This document shows, in pieces, positions 6,965-16,028 of a DNA stretch of 25,421 bases. A model generated the notes under the pieces. The model did no database searches. It saw nothing but the letters and a program-made list of their open reading frames with translations, and was not told where the DNA came from. Positions within the stretch are counted from its first letter, which is position 1. The number at the start of each line of letters is the position of its first letter. Where the stretch lies: positions 1-25,421 of the IMG/VR virus record IMGVR_UViG_3300032233_001217; one strand, given 5' to 3'. The stretch comes from a virus (taxonomy: Duplodnaviria; Caudoviricetes). A program made the translations under genes and the position numbers.

Positions 6965-6965
6965 C

Positions 6966-7157
6966 TCAGTCTCGGCCCTGCCAGTACGTGATCCGCTCCT
7001 CGGCCCGGGCGAGCTCGCACAGGAGGCGGGCTCGCTCGGCCAGCAGTCGGATCACGTCGGCCGCCAGCGTGCCCGAGGTGCCCGTGAATGCACCCTGGAA
7101 CCGGCGCGCCCGGTGCTTCATGCGGACCAGTTCGTCCTCGGTAAGCGGCTCGCTCAC
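6966..7157 (-). CDS. Hypothetical protein (63 aa)
   Basis: MSEPLTEDELVRMKHRARRFQGAFTGTSGTLAADVIRLLAERARL. GTGA coupling to the upstream gene. Confidence 0.65.
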   Translation of the reverse strand: MSEPLTEDELVRMKHRARRFQGAFTGTSGTLAADVIRLLAERARLLCELARAEERITYWQGRD

Positions 7158-7609
7158 GCCGTGACCTCAAACAGAAGTTTCTTTTGAGTCGGATGCTTGT
7201 CGACTCGCGGGCGGCTTTGGCAGCTCCAACTGCCGCCGCCACGTTGACCGAGGCACTTCCACCCAGCGGCCTTGAGCGTCACGCCAGGCTCTGAGTCCAA
7301 AATGTACGTTATGCACCGCCGATACCCCATGGACTTTGCTGCACGCCACGCAGCACCATAGAGGCACGAGCAAGCGTTAGGGCATCCGTCGCTGGCAAGT
7401 CTTGTGACCTCAAGCGTCCATCCATCGTCATTAGCACGGGCCACTGGGCGTCCAACCATGCACACGCCTCTGACAGTGCCGGATTGATCTGCGACCGCAA
7501 GCGAGAACTTGTGGCCCACTGGCGGACGGTGATGGCGATGATGCTGTTGTACAAAAGACACAGCCTCCGAGAAGTCGCACGGCACAACGCTCAGTCGAGG
7601 CTGGGTCAC
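7154..7609 (-). CDS. Mom-like (XF1762-type) GNAT-fold DNA modification protein
   Basis: EAVSFVQQHHRHHRPPVGHKFS...VGRPVAR..DDGWTLEVTRLASDGCPNACSCLYGAAWRAAKSMGYRRCITYILDSEPGVTLKAAGW. Start at GTG 7609 (GTGA overlap). Confidence 0.75.
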   Translation of the reverse strand: MTQPRLSVVPCDFSEAVSFVQQHHRHHRPPVGHKFSLAVADQSGTVRGVCMVGRPVARANDDGWTLEVTRLASDGCPNACSCLYGAAWRAAKSMGYRRCITYILDSEPGVTLKAAGWKCLGQRGGGSWSCQSRPRVDKHPTQKKLLFEVTA

Positions 7610-8073
7610 TTTCCCTGCTGCTCCATCTTGATCAGGCAGATCAGCGCCCAGTTGGCGGCATCCAGCAGGGCGTTGGTCGGGTCGACGGGCTGGCCCTGGG
7701 CGTACTTCTGCATCCGCACCACGCAGTCGCTTAGGTCGCACAGTGCTCGACGCCACGGCTCAACGCCGCACTTTGCCGATGCGGTCACGTTCTCGAAGGC
7801 GTCTTCAGCGCCGCCGTACTGGGCGGTTTTCTCGTAGTGCAGAGCTCGCAGCCGCTCAAGGGCATCGAGCCACTCAAGGCTGCCGTATGCCCGAGGCTCA
7901 CGCAGAAGAGAGTCTCCACGCATTGGCCGACCCTCGCAGCACGGCGTCGGCTCGGGGTCGCCCTGGTCGAGCTTGTACCCGATGAGCTTCTCGTCAGCCG
8001 GGTCCGTGTTGTCGAGCCTGTCCTTTACCGCCGCCCGCATCTGTCGGTTGGCGTCCTCCAGCGTCGTGGTCAT
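7606..8073 (-). CDS. Nucleotide-modification-associated domain 1 (DUF1599/Nmad1-like) all-alpha protein
   Basis: LHYEKTAQYG..EDAFENV...LSDCVVRM...LLDAANWALI resembles the Nmad1 pattern K..DYG..N...DK..R...DxANYA, with substitutions. Confidence 0.6.
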   Translation of the reverse strand: MTTTLEDANRQMRAAVKDRLDNTDPADEKLIGYKLDQGDPEPTPCCEGRPMRGDSLLREPRAYGSLEWLDALERLRALHYEKTAQYGGAEDAFENVTASAKCGVEPWRRALCDLSDCVVRMQKYAQGQPVDPTNALLDAANWALICLIKMEQQGK

Positions 8074-9155
8074 TCCTTGGCCTTTCTCAAGTCCCTGTCA
8101 CAGAACAGCGGGTAAGCCCGCGTCACCTCTCGGCGTCCGCCATCAATGATTGCCATCCCTTGGCATGGCCGCTCTGGAGAAGCGACCCGTTCAGCGTATG
8201 GAGAATGTCCAATGACGCTCCCGTTGGCTATGTAGCGAGCACCTCTCAGCCAGCCCCACGAGTGGTAATGCCCGAAGATCGTCAGGTCGGCCTTGCGGCC
8301 TGCGTCCCACCGGGCAATCGCCTTGCTCGCCGGCAGTGCCAGGCCGTAGACGCCGCCCGCGTACCGGATGCTGTGGCCGTGCGTTGTGCGAAGCGTGAAC
8401 CCATCTAGGTCGACGTAACCAAGGTGCCCTTCAGCAATCTGCCACCGCACGTTTTTGTTGGTCTCTTCGCGGGCCAGCGTCCAGTACATGAGCTGCTCCC
8501 ACGAGTGATCAAGCTCGGTGGCAATGCGGTTTTTCTCAGTGCTTCGCCCGTGGTTGCCGGCGTTGGTGCAGACGATCACCTCGTCGGCGTGCTGGGCGAC
8601 GCTGTTGATGAGGGCACGCATTCGCTCGGCAATCCACCGCGTGGCGTTCATCGGCGATAACTGGGCCACCTCAACGCAGTCCGGGTGAATGTGGCCAGTA
8701 ATCAGGTCGCCGCCAATCCAGATGACGACCCGCCGGATGTCGGCCTGGTTCCGCTCGTGCTCGAGGCAGTCTAGGAACCGCTCCTCCAGCTCGGCCATCC
8801 GCAGTTGACATACGTCAAGGCTGTAGTCGTTCTCGCCGTTGACCGTCTCGGGCAGCACCCGCTCTTCGCAGTGGATGTCCGACAGCATCAGGATGGCCGT
8901 GGCGTCGTGCTTAGCCCGCTTCTTGGGCCTACCGTTTTTGGGTAGGGCCACGGGCGTTACGCCTTGCAACGCCGTGAAACGGTCGCCCCGCTCACGCTCG
9001 CGGTCAATCTGCTCAAGGGCCGTCTTGTACTTGGACCGTAGGCCAGCCACCTCAGCCCGCAGCCGGGCGAGCTCGGCATCGGCCGTCAGTTGCTGCTGGG
9101 CCGCCGCTTGTGCAAGCACGGCATCGCTTAGGGTTTGCCTTCTCGGTCTAGCCAT
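8070..9155 (-). CDS. Calcineurin-like metallophosphoesterase with N-terminal coiled coil
   Basis: All five motifs present: LSDIH, GGDLITG, AGNHGR, THGH, FGHYH. Confidence 0.88.
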   Translation of the reverse strand: MARPRRQTLSDAVLAQAAAQQQLTADAELARLRAEVAGLRSKYKTALEQIDRERERGDRFTALQGVTPVALPKNGRPKKRAKHDATAILMLSDIHCEERVLPETVNGENDYSLDVCQLRMAELEERFLDCLEHERNQADIRRVVIWIGGDLITGHIHPDCVEVAQLSPMNATRWIAERMRALINSVAQHADEVIVCTNAGNHGRSTEKNRIATELDHSWEQLMYWTLAREETNKNVRWQIAEGHLGYVDLDGFTLRTTHGHSIRYAGGVYGLALPASKAIARWDAGRKADLTIFGHYHSWGWLRGARYIANGSVIGHSPYAERVASPERPCQGMAIIDGGRREVTRAYPLFCDRDLRKAKE

Positions 9156-9391
9156 CCCTCAACTCCTTGGATGCCACACACTGGTAGGCCACGCGACTGC
9201 ATCTCGGCCCTAATGGCTCGTGCCATCGCTCGCTTCTGAAGTCCAGTTTTGCCGCTCTCCCAATCGACTCGCAGCTGCTCGAGCTCGGCGACCACGTCGG
9301 CCGGCAGCAGGCGATACCAGGGCAGCGATCCGTGCCGCGTGTTCGTGGCCCTAGCGAGAATGGCGGCAGAGAGTTTCTTAGTCTTTGCCAC
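9128..9391 (-). CDS. Hypothetical protein, possible helical DNA-binding protein
   Basis: 87 aa from GTG 9391 with SD AAGGAGGT. It overlaps both neighbours briefly. Confidence 0.65.
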   Translation of the reverse strand: MAKTKKLSAAILARATNTRHGSLPWYRLLPADVVAELEQLRVDWESGKTGLQKRAMARAIRAEMQSRGLPVCGIQGVEGWLDREGKP

Positions 9392-9668
9392 GCGGCACCT
9401 CCTTGTAGCCAAGGTTTGTCAGCGTTCTCCGCACCACCTTTGCCGCCTCGGTCACCGCCTCTTCGCTAATGCTCGGACCGAGGCTCGCATGCAGCAGCTC
9501 GTGCACGATCGTCTCAAGTCGGGCACCACCACGCAGCCGCTCGTCAATCAGAATCCGTGGCCGCTGAGCGTTGTCGAAATACGTCCACCCGCACGCATCG
9601 CCCGTGAGCTTAGTGAACCGCAACAGCCACCGCTTGCCGTCGATGGTGACGTCGTGGTCCTCGGGCAT
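9378..9668 (-). CDS. Small HExxH zinc metallopeptidase-like protein
   Basis: ACGWT...RILIDERL...LETIVHELLHA...SEEAV. ATG 9668 with SD AAAGGA. Confidence 0.75.
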   Translation of the reverse strand: MPEDHDVTIDGKRWLLRFTKLTGDACGWTYFDNAQRPRILIDERLRGGARLETIVHELLHASLGPSISEEAVTEAAKVVRRTLTNLGYKEVPRGKD

Positions 9669-9702
9669 CGGAAGTCCTTTCGCCCGCACTATGGCGAGGG
9701 TG

Positions 9703-9966
9703 TCAACCGATCCCGACGCGGCGGCCCAGGTCGTTCAGCTGCTGCTGTCGTTTCTTGCATCCGCAGTCTTTGACGCCAAGGGCCGCACTGACTCGCTCGG
9801 GCGTGATTCCGACAGCCGACAGGCCGGCGGCCACCATGTCGCCCAGGCCGCGCTTGGCCGGCTGTTCGCAGACGCATCTGCCACGATGCGGTGCCGATTG
9901 ATCTGGCACTGCAGCGCCGCAAATGAAGCACGTCCACACGCCCGCAACTTTTTTGATGGCTCGCAT
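9703..9966 (-). CDS. Cys-rich hypothetical protein
   Basis: CFIC, CVC, GLGDMVAAGLSAVGIT...DCGCKKRQQQLN. TAATG coupling to the upstream gene. Confidence 0.7.
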   Translation of the reverse strand: MRAIKKVAGVWTCFICGAAVPDQSAPHRGRCVCEQPAKRGLGDMVAAGLSAVGITPERVSAALGVKDCGCKKRQQQLNDLGRRVGIG

Positions 9967-10508
9967 TAGTACACAAAGGTTGCGGAGATCGAGAACTGCG
10001 TGGCCGTGTTAAAGCAGTTGGCAATGCCGGGGCCGACAGTGACATCCCCGCCCACAGGACAGCAGATACCGTCTTCGTTCGTGACTCCACTGACGAACAT
10101 GTCAACAGTGGGAGAGACGGGTTGAAAGAATCCCGGGATGGAGCAAAAGTCGCAAGTGACTGGAATGATAGTGAACTGCAGAATGATACAACCCGCCATG
10201 CAGAAAAGATTAGATTGGATTGTTACCGTTCCACCTGCGGTATCAACAGTGGTAGCCTTGCTCCAGGGAAATCCAAAATCTTCGTCAGCCGCCGTAATCT
10301 CAACCTCAAATGTCCCAGTGCACGGTCCAAGAAGTGAGAAATCGAAGGTGATCACGATTGACTGCAGATTGCACGAACTCGAGACAAAGACGTCTCCTTC
10401 GGCAGTCCCGCACTGGCAGCACGTGGACTGGCAGCAGCACGCCTGCTCAGTGCCGACCTTGCCATCACGCAGGACGACCGTACCGTCTTGAAACGTGATG
10501 AGCGTCAT
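9966..10508 (-). CDS. Cys-rich beta-strand protein, putative tail tip / receptor-binding protein
   Basis: 180 aa from ATG 10508 (ATGA overlap). 15 Cys including ACCCQSTCCQC. Located at the end of the tail module and visibly more AT-rich than its neighbours. Confidence 0.55.
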   Translation of the reverse strand: MTLITFQDGTVVLRDGKVGTEQACCCQSTCCQCGTAEGDVFVSSSCNLQSIVITFDFSLLGPCTGTFEVEITAADEDFGFPWSKATTVDTAGGTVTIQSNLFCMAGCIILQFTIIPVTCDFCSIPGFFQPVSPTVDMFVSGVTNEDGICCPVGGDVTVGPGIANCFNTATQFSISATFVY

Positions 10509-10996
10509 CCGCCAGCCGTGGCACAGGTGGTGATGTTGAACCACTTGACACACCCACCGCCGTCGTGGCCAAGCATCTGCGTCGACGTATGTGCGTAACC
10601 AGGAAACACACGGAAGTCGACGCCGCCAATGAGTGAGACACAGGTGCCGCAGTCGCCCTGGGCGTCAACCGGATGCCACGCAAAGCCGTTGTGCCCGAGA
10701 GCCACCCAGCGTGCCGTGCAGTGCGTTCCGGTGCTGAACTGTATGTAGTGGTTGTAGGCCACCATCGTCATCGCGGTGGCTACGCTGTTGGGCTGCCCGT
10801 TGTACAGCGTCACTACAGCAGTCGAACCAACCGGCCAGCTGCTGCCTTCGTGCTTGGCGATCAGCAGTCGCACGCCTGGCGACCGGCCGCCGTAGTCGGG
10901 ACCGCCGAGGATGGGCGTGTCTTGGTTACGCTCGACCATGCGGACGACCTTGCCGATCCGCTTGGCGTCGTTTTCGTTGAAGCCGAAAACTGTCAC
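10505..10996 (-). CDS. Putative minor tail protein
   Basis: 163 aa, downstream of the tape measure, with a Cys-containing C-terminus. Function inferred from position only. Confidence 0.55.
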   Translation of the reverse strand: MTVFGFNENDAKRIGKVVRMVERNQDTPILGGPDYGGRSPGVRLLIAKHEGSSWPVGSTAVVTLYNGQPNSVATAMTMVAYNHYIQFSTGTHCTARWVALGHNGFAWHPVDAQGDCGTCVSLIGGVDFRVFPGYAHTSTQMLGHDGGGCVKWFNITTCATAGG

Positions 10997-10999
10997 AGG

Positions 11000-11380
11000 C
11001 TACTCCGAGAAGACGACATACCGCAGAGGCAGGGCAGTGCCGTAGCTCTTGGCCCCAATGGTGATGGTCTTTTGAAGCGGCGCGACTGCCGGCTGACCAC
11101 GACGCAGCGAGACAAACTCGTGCAGCGTGGTGCCGTCGTACTTGCCCAAGGCGATGTAGGCCGTGCCAGAGGTGGCCGTCGAAAGATTGCGGAACGCAGC
11201 GTAGCCAGCCGTTATCACGTCGCCGAGCGACAGCGTCTCCACGTTTGTGCCGATCTGGACGATGCCACCCGCCGAACCCTGCACGGCCTGGTCGAACTGC
11301 AGGCCAGACGCGGCAAAGCTTTCCTCGTGATTGCCGTTCTTGCACCGCACCGAAACGGCTACGTTCAGTTCATTGGCCAT
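11000..11380 (-). CDS. Putative minor virion structural protein
   Basis: 126 aa, rich in G/T/A/V with beta-like patterning. SD AAGGAG. Tail-module position. Confidence 0.6.
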   Translation of the reverse strand: MANELNVAVSVRCKNGNHEESFAASGLQFDQAVQGSAGGIVQIGTNVETLSLGDVITAGYAAFRNLSTATSGTAYIALGKYDGTTLHEFVSLRRGQPAVAPLQKTITIGAKSYGTALPLRYVVFSE

Positions 11381-11390
11381 TGCTTGCTCC

Positions 11391-12311
11391 TTAGATTCCG
11401 CAGTCTGAATAGATTTGATCCATGTTCACCTTTTGGTACGGGTACAGATACCGCACCAAGGGATCGCTGCCGATGGTCAGCTGGCCGCCGTTACCGTCGA
11501 GCGGCACGGGCTGTCCGACCGGGTTGCCTGCCTTGTCAAGGATGGCCTTACGGTCGCCGCCAACCACTTCATTAAATCCAGCGTCGAAGTACTGGATTTC
11601 CCACAAGTCGGGCTTGTAGACAAAATCAATACTGATGGACCACACGTTGTTTTTTTGGTCGTACTCGCCATTCCATCCGGTCATGCGAACCGAGTACTCG
11701 GGGCCGCCCAAAAAAAGCCCGTCGTTGCACGTGTTGGTGTACCGCAGCAGTTGGTCGAATCGCGGGTTGAGCACCTGCGTGTTGGTGTAGGTCAGCCGCA
11801 CCAGGGCCGACTCCTCCTCGAGCCCGTCCACCGGGTCGCCAGCCGAGTTGCGGGCCGGCAGCTGACCCGCATTGCTGAACGCTGGCACGTCTTCAAGTCG
11901 CTTCCAGCCGATTGCTGGCTTTGTCACCTGCTGACTTGCAATAGTGATTTTCTGCCACGTCTCAGGATCTGTGCCCTCTGGCTGCTCTGACCCGCCGTCT
12001 TGTGGATCTTTGGCGTCGTAACGCACCTCCATGACAACGGCTCGCTCGTTGTCCTTGAAGTACGACAGGGAACGTGACGTAACGTTCAGCGTTACCCCAT
12101 TCACAACCGTCTGGTCGTCAATCTGCGGCAAAGCAGAGCCGCCAAGATTGGTCCAGACTGTTGTGTCTGCCAGAATCTCGTTGAATGACGGATCTTTGGT
12201 ATCCGACAGAATCAGCAGCTCTTGCGTTGCGGAAATCTGCTTCGTGCCCTTGTCCGCTTTGGACTCAGAGATTTTCAGCGACCGCAGGATGCGAGCGTCG
12301 GTCAGTGCCAT
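11391..12311 (-). CDS. Putative distal tail / hub protein
   Basis: 306 aa immediately after the tape measure, with NSAGDPVDG and PVPLDGNG motifs. Function inferred from synteny. Confidence 0.6.
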   Translation of the reverse strand: MALTDARILRSLKISESKADKGTKQISATQELLILSDTKDPSFNEILADTTVWTNLGGSALPQIDDQTVVNGVTLNVTSRSLSYFKDNERAVVMEVRYDAKDPQDGGSEQPEGTDPETWQKITIASQQVTKPAIGWKRLEDVPAFSNAGQLPARNSAGDPVDGLEEESALVRLTYTNTQVLNPRFDQLLRYTNTCNDGLFLGGPEYSVRMTGWNGEYDQKNNVWSISIDFVYKPDLWEIQYFDAGFNEVVGGDRKAILDKAGNPVGQPVPLDGNGGQLTIGSDPLVRYLYPYQKVNMDQIYSDCGI

Positions 12312-12313
12312 GG

Positions 12314-13915
12314 CTACACCGTGATTGCTGCGAGGCCAAACCCACCCGAGCCAGCAAGGTTGCCGTTGAGCTCGTCCAGCTGGTCAACCATCTCGCCCGT
12401 GTTCTCGGCTGTCTCTTTCTGAGCGTCTCCCTCAAGGCGCGGGTCGGCACCACGCATGATGGAGTTACGGAAGGCTTCACCATCCGACGTGCCAACCACG
12501 ATGGCTTTGAGGGCCTTCGTACTGGCGGCCAACTGCGTCGAGATGCTTTGACCAGCGCTTGTGCCTGCGGCAGCTCCGGCCTGCTGCATTTGTGCCGTGA
12601 CGCTGGCAAACTCAGCATCAAAGGCAGCGAACGGGTCGGTTATGTTCTGAATGCCGGCCCCGAAGTTGTCGGCTGCTGCCTGGCCCCACAATGCGGCCTC
12701 GTCGCCGGCGGCGGTCGAGAGTCCGGACACGGAGTCGGCTGCACTTCGCAGCGATGACGACAAGCCAACGTCTATCCCGGGCAGGGCTTCGGCTGCATCA
12801 GCCATGGCAGACAGCATGTTCTGCAGAGCCAAAGTCACGCCCTCAAACGCCTTCAGGGCACCGGCAACGAAGACGCCAACAAACGACGACAGAATCTGAA
12901 AGGCTCCAGTTAGACGTACGACATGGCCCGCTAGCAGGCGGATGTAATGAGTTAGCCCATCAGCCATTGTTTGGGCGATGCTGAAGCCGCTTTTGTTCTC
13001 GGCAAAAAACTTTACAAACAGGTTGGCGACCGTGGCAATCGCTGGTGCCAGCCCAGCAAGAAACTGGTTGATGAATCCTTGAAACACCATCGACGTGCGG
13101 CCGATAGAGTCGTTCATCATCTCAATGCCCTTGACCTGCGAATCGGTCAAGTTAAGGCCCAGCTGCTCACGCAACTTGGCAATGTCCGAATAGGCACCAG
13201 ACGCCACATCGGAGATCAGCCCCATGGCCGCCGCACCTTGGCGGCCGAAGATCGACATGGCTGCGGCCGTACGCTCGGCGGCGGTAGGCAACGCCATAAT
13301 GCGTTGTGCGATCAGCTCGAACTGACGCTCAGGAGACAGCGCCTGCAGGTCATTAAGCGTGAGCCCGATCCCAGCGAAGGCTTTCTGAGCTGACTTGCTT
13401 CCGTTGGTCAGGTTGCCAAGGTTGCGAGTCATCACCGTGAGCAGGCCAGACATTTGCCCGATGCTCACACCAGCTTCGTCAGCGACCTGGCTAAGGTTCT
13501 GAAATGTCGTCATTGACATGCCAAGGCGCTGAGCCGATTTTGACGCCTCGTCCAAATCGCGGGCGGCCGATCCCAAAGCGGCAAAAAACGATGTGATGGA
13601 TGTTACGATTGCCAGCGGTATCAGCAAAGCCTTTATCGTCACTATCAGCAGCTGGATCGACCCACGAAACAGATGGGTGGCAAGAGCACCGTTTTTGAAC
13701 GACAGTGCGACTGTCCCAAGCAAGCCGCCAACGTCAGAAAACAACACGCTGCCGTCTGCAACTTGGGCGCTGAGTGCAGCCAGGCTGCCATTCATGCCAC
13801 CCACAGAAGACGAAAAGCCGGTGAGCTGCTTGCCGGCCCGGCTCAGGCCAGCCGTGAGCCCGCCCGTGCTGGCGGTGATCGAGACGTTGACGCGGCCGAA
13901 GTTCTTAGCAGCCAT
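12314..13915 (-). CDS. Tail tape measure protein
   Basis: 533 aa, Ala/Gly-rich and helical. N-terminal GRVNVSITASTGGL and LSPERQFELIA...AAAMSIFGRQG motifs. Follows the chaperone pair. Confidence 0.88.
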   Translation of the reverse strand: MAAKNFGRVNVSITASTGGLTAGLSRAGKQLTGFSSSVGGMNGSLAALSAQVADGSVLFSDVGGLLGTVALSFKNGALATHLFRGSIQLLIVTIKALLIPLAIVTSITSFFAALGSAARDLDEASKSAQRLGMSMTTFQNLSQVADEAGVSIGQMSGLLTVMTRNLGNLTNGSKSAQKAFAGIGLTLNDLQALSPERQFELIAQRIMALPTAAERTAAAMSIFGRQGAAAMGLISDVASGAYSDIAKLREQLGLNLTDSQVKGIEMMNDSIGRTSMVFQGFINQFLAGLAPAIATVANLFVKFFAENKSGFSIAQTMADGLTHYIRLLAGHVVRLTGAFQILSSFVGVFVAGALKAFEGVTLALQNMLSAMADAAEALPGIDVGLSSSLRSAADSVSGLSTAAGDEAALWGQAAADNFGAGIQNITDPFAAFDAEFASVTAQMQQAGAAAGTSAGQSISTQLAASTKALKAIVVGTSDGEAFRNSIMRGADPRLEGDAQKETAENTGEMVDQLDELNGNLAGSGGFGLAAITV

Positions 13916-13918
13916 GGC

Positions 13919-14227
13919 TTACGTCCTCACCTGCTGGAGGATTTGCCACATCTCGTCCTGCGACTGCGGACGCTGCTCAATGGGCATGAAGTCCCACGGT
14001 TTCAGGGGCGGCTTTCCCTTGGGACGGTTCGCGTTGTACTGCTGTGCCATGAGTACCGCGTCCCTGAGCCACTCGTCACCCCACGGCATCAACGTGAATG
14101 CAGCCATCCAGCCGTACAGCTGGTCGACGCTCATCGTTTCAGCCAGGCCGCCCGGATCTTCGACGTTCCAGATGCCGAGCTTGAGGGCCAGGCGGTACAG
14201 AAAGAGGATGATCGGACGGCGCTCTAG
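13919..14227 (-). CDS. Tail assembly chaperone, frameshifted extension (gpT-like part of gpGT)
   Basis: The -1 frame continues KKLERRPIILFLYRLALKLG...MSVDQLYGWMAAF..PWGDEW. It has no independent start. Confidence 0.8.
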   Translation of the reverse strand, partial: LERRPIILFLYRLALKLGIWNVEDPGGLAETMSVDQLYGWMAAFTLMPWGDEWLRDAVLMAQQYNANRPKGKPPLKPWDFMPIEQRPQSQDEMWQILQQVRT

Positions 14228-14574
14228 TTTTTTGTGGCGTCCTCCAGAGCGTTGCCACCGATGCCGTTGAGCTTGAAGCCTTCGTCGACAATGGCCTGCA
14301 CGATGTCCGTGTCGAGCTCGCCGAGCCACTCGGCGTCGCCTTCCTCAAACATCTTGGTGCCGTCTTCGTTGACGCACACCAGGGCCACGAACCGTGCCCG
14401 GATGTTGGTCAGGTTGACGCCGCCTACCTTGCCGCCTGTAACCATTTGCTCGAAAGCATCGCGGTCTTTGGCGGTCATCTTGGCGACGTAGACCGTGCCG
14501 AGCTCGGGCACTTCTACTGGCACACGCGGCCTAACGCCACGCTTGGCCTTGATCTGCTCACGGGTGAGAGCCAC
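14224..14574 (-). CDS. Tail assembly chaperone (gpG-like)
   Basis: MALTREQI...VEVPELGTVYVAKMTAKDRDAFE...ALVCVNEDGTKMF...ATKN. Lies between the tail tube and tape measure genes. Confidence 0.85.
   Translation of the reverse strand: MALTREQIKAKRGVRPRVPVEVPELGTVYVAKMTAKDRDAFEQMVTGGKVGGVNLTNIRARFVALVCVNEDGTKMFEEGDAEWLGELDTDIVQAIVDEGFKLNGIGGNALEDATKN
14227..14233 (-). other. Programmed -1 frameshift slippery heptamer A AAA AAC
   Basis: GCC ACA AAA AAC TAG at the end of the chaperone gene. A -1 shift enters the 13919 ORF. Confidence 0.85.
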
Positions 14575-14593
14575 AGTCCGCGCCTCCTGCTGA

Positions 14594-15004
14594 CTAGCCG
14601 ACGTTCAGGTTGCCGCTGAGCTTGATGGTCAGCGAGCCGGTCATCATGTCGTCCTTCGGGGCCGACGCCTCGAAGGCAGACGCAAAGCCATAGGCCGACC
14701 ACTTCGCCGTGGTCGTACCGCCATTGGCGAAGATGATCGTGCAGACCTGAGCGGTGCTCACGTTGGTCAGCAGGTTGATGGGGTTCAGCGACGGGTCGTG
14801 GTGGATCTCGAGCGTCAGCTCGCCCGGATCGTAGTACTCACTGCCGATAAACTCCTTGCCGCCGCTGGTCAGGAGGTGCGAGGCGTCGACCACGTCACGC
14901 GACACGCCACCAAGCGAGACGCTGTTGACAGCGTACTGCGTTGCAGCGGAGCCAACGAGGGTGCCGAACGTGACGTAGGTGCCCTGTCCGATGTCTTTCG
15001 CCAT
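14594..15004 (-). CDS. Major tail tube protein
   Basis: 136 aa with SRDVVDASHL...KEFIG...DPGELTLEI...MTGSLTIKLSG, a siphoviral tube pattern. Confidence 0.85.
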   Translation of the reverse strand: MAKDIGQGTYVTFGTLVGSAATQYAVNSVSLGGVSRDVVDASHLLTSGGKEFIGSEYYDPGELTLEIHHDPSLNPINLLTNVSTAQVCTIIFANGGTTTAKWSAYGFASAFEASAPKDDMMTGSLTIKLSGNLNVG

Positions 15005-15021
15005 GGTCTGAGCCTCCCTGC

Positions 15022-15435
15022 TCAGGGTTCACTGTAGGTGACTTCTACTTGCAAATCCGTGCGGTAGATGGGGAGCTGCTCCCCGCTCGCTGCCGGCTCT
15101 GTCTGGTCGTCCTCGCTCACGCAGGATGCCAGGCGGATGGCAGACGTGCTCTTGTATTGTAGGGCTGCCTTTACGGCCCGAGCGAGGTTTCGCACCTCGA
15201 GCAGGTTGTCGGAGATGCAGGAAAACGTGTACGTGGCACGGATCAAACTGCCGGCCCCAAGCATGTGCGTAAACGGCGTCTTGAGCTGCGAGTCTCGGTT
15301 GAACACGATGCACGGGAACGCCGTGCCCTGCGGGGCCTGCACCTGGTAGATGCGGCTGCCAGCCTGCAGGGCGACCTCGGCGTCGGCCGTCAGCACCTGC
15401 AGCAGGGACTCGTCGATGTGGGTGACAGTAGCCAC
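15022..15435 (-). CDS. Tail terminator / tail completion protein (DUF3168-like)
   Basis: GSRIYQVQAPQGTAFPCIVF...RNLARAVKAAL, plus synteny. Confidence 0.8.
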   Translation of the reverse strand: MATVTHIDESLLQVLTADAEVALQAGSRIYQVQAPQGTAFPCIVFNRDSQLKTPFTHMLGAGSLIRATYTFSCISDNLLEVRNLARAVKAALQYKSTSAIRLASCVSEDDQTEPAASGEQLPIYRTDLQVEVTYSEP

Positions 15436-16028
15436 TATTTCAACCTCTTAGCCGCACGCCGCATGGCCTCGGCTTCTGCTTTAGCCAGAGCACTGACGAG
15501 CTCGGTCTGCAGGGCGTCCCGGATGCGTGGCAGCGTCTGGTCCGCCCACGCTGCGAACTTGCCGGTACCGGCGAAGCCACGCACCTGGCGGAAGAAGATC
15601 GACCCGCCGTCTTCGCCGCCAACCAGAGACACCTTGCCCATGAGGTACTTGTATTTCTTGGCCATCGCCATCGGCACCTTGAGTGCTCTGCGATTCTTCG
15701 GCGTACGGGTCTTGACGCCGTTCTCAATCCACCAGGCGTGATAGCCAGACGCCTTGCCGTTCTGACCGCTCTTGTCGCCACGCCGGAAACCGAGCACGGC
15801 CGTCTGCGTCCTGCCTTTGACCTTGGCTTCCGTGACCACGCCGACTGACCGCTTGAGGTTGCCGGTCGGCCCACGGGCAATCAAGGCTTTTACGGGCTGG
15901 ATATATGGCTTGGTGACCTTGTTGACCGAGGCCCGCAGGTACTTTCGCTGCAGCCCGATTGGCAACGCCTGGAAACCCTGGAGGACTTCCTTGATGCCGT
16001 CGACCGACATGCCCAGCTGCACAGCCAT
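15435..16028 (-). CDS. HK97 gp10-like neck/tail component
   Basis: SVDGIKEVLQGFQAL...GPTGNLKRSV...YHAWWIENG. Start ATG 16028 (TGATG coupling). Confidence 0.8.
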   Translation of the reverse strand: MAVQLGMSVDGIKEVLQGFQALPIGLQRKYLRASVNKVTKPYIQPVKALIARGPTGNLKRSVGVVTEAKVKGRTQTAVLGFRRGDKSGQNGKASGYHAWWIENGVKTRTPKNRRALKVPMAMAKKYKYLMGKVSLVGGEDGGSIFFRQVRGFAGTGKFAAWADQTLPRIRDALQTELVSALAKAEAEAMRRAAKRLK

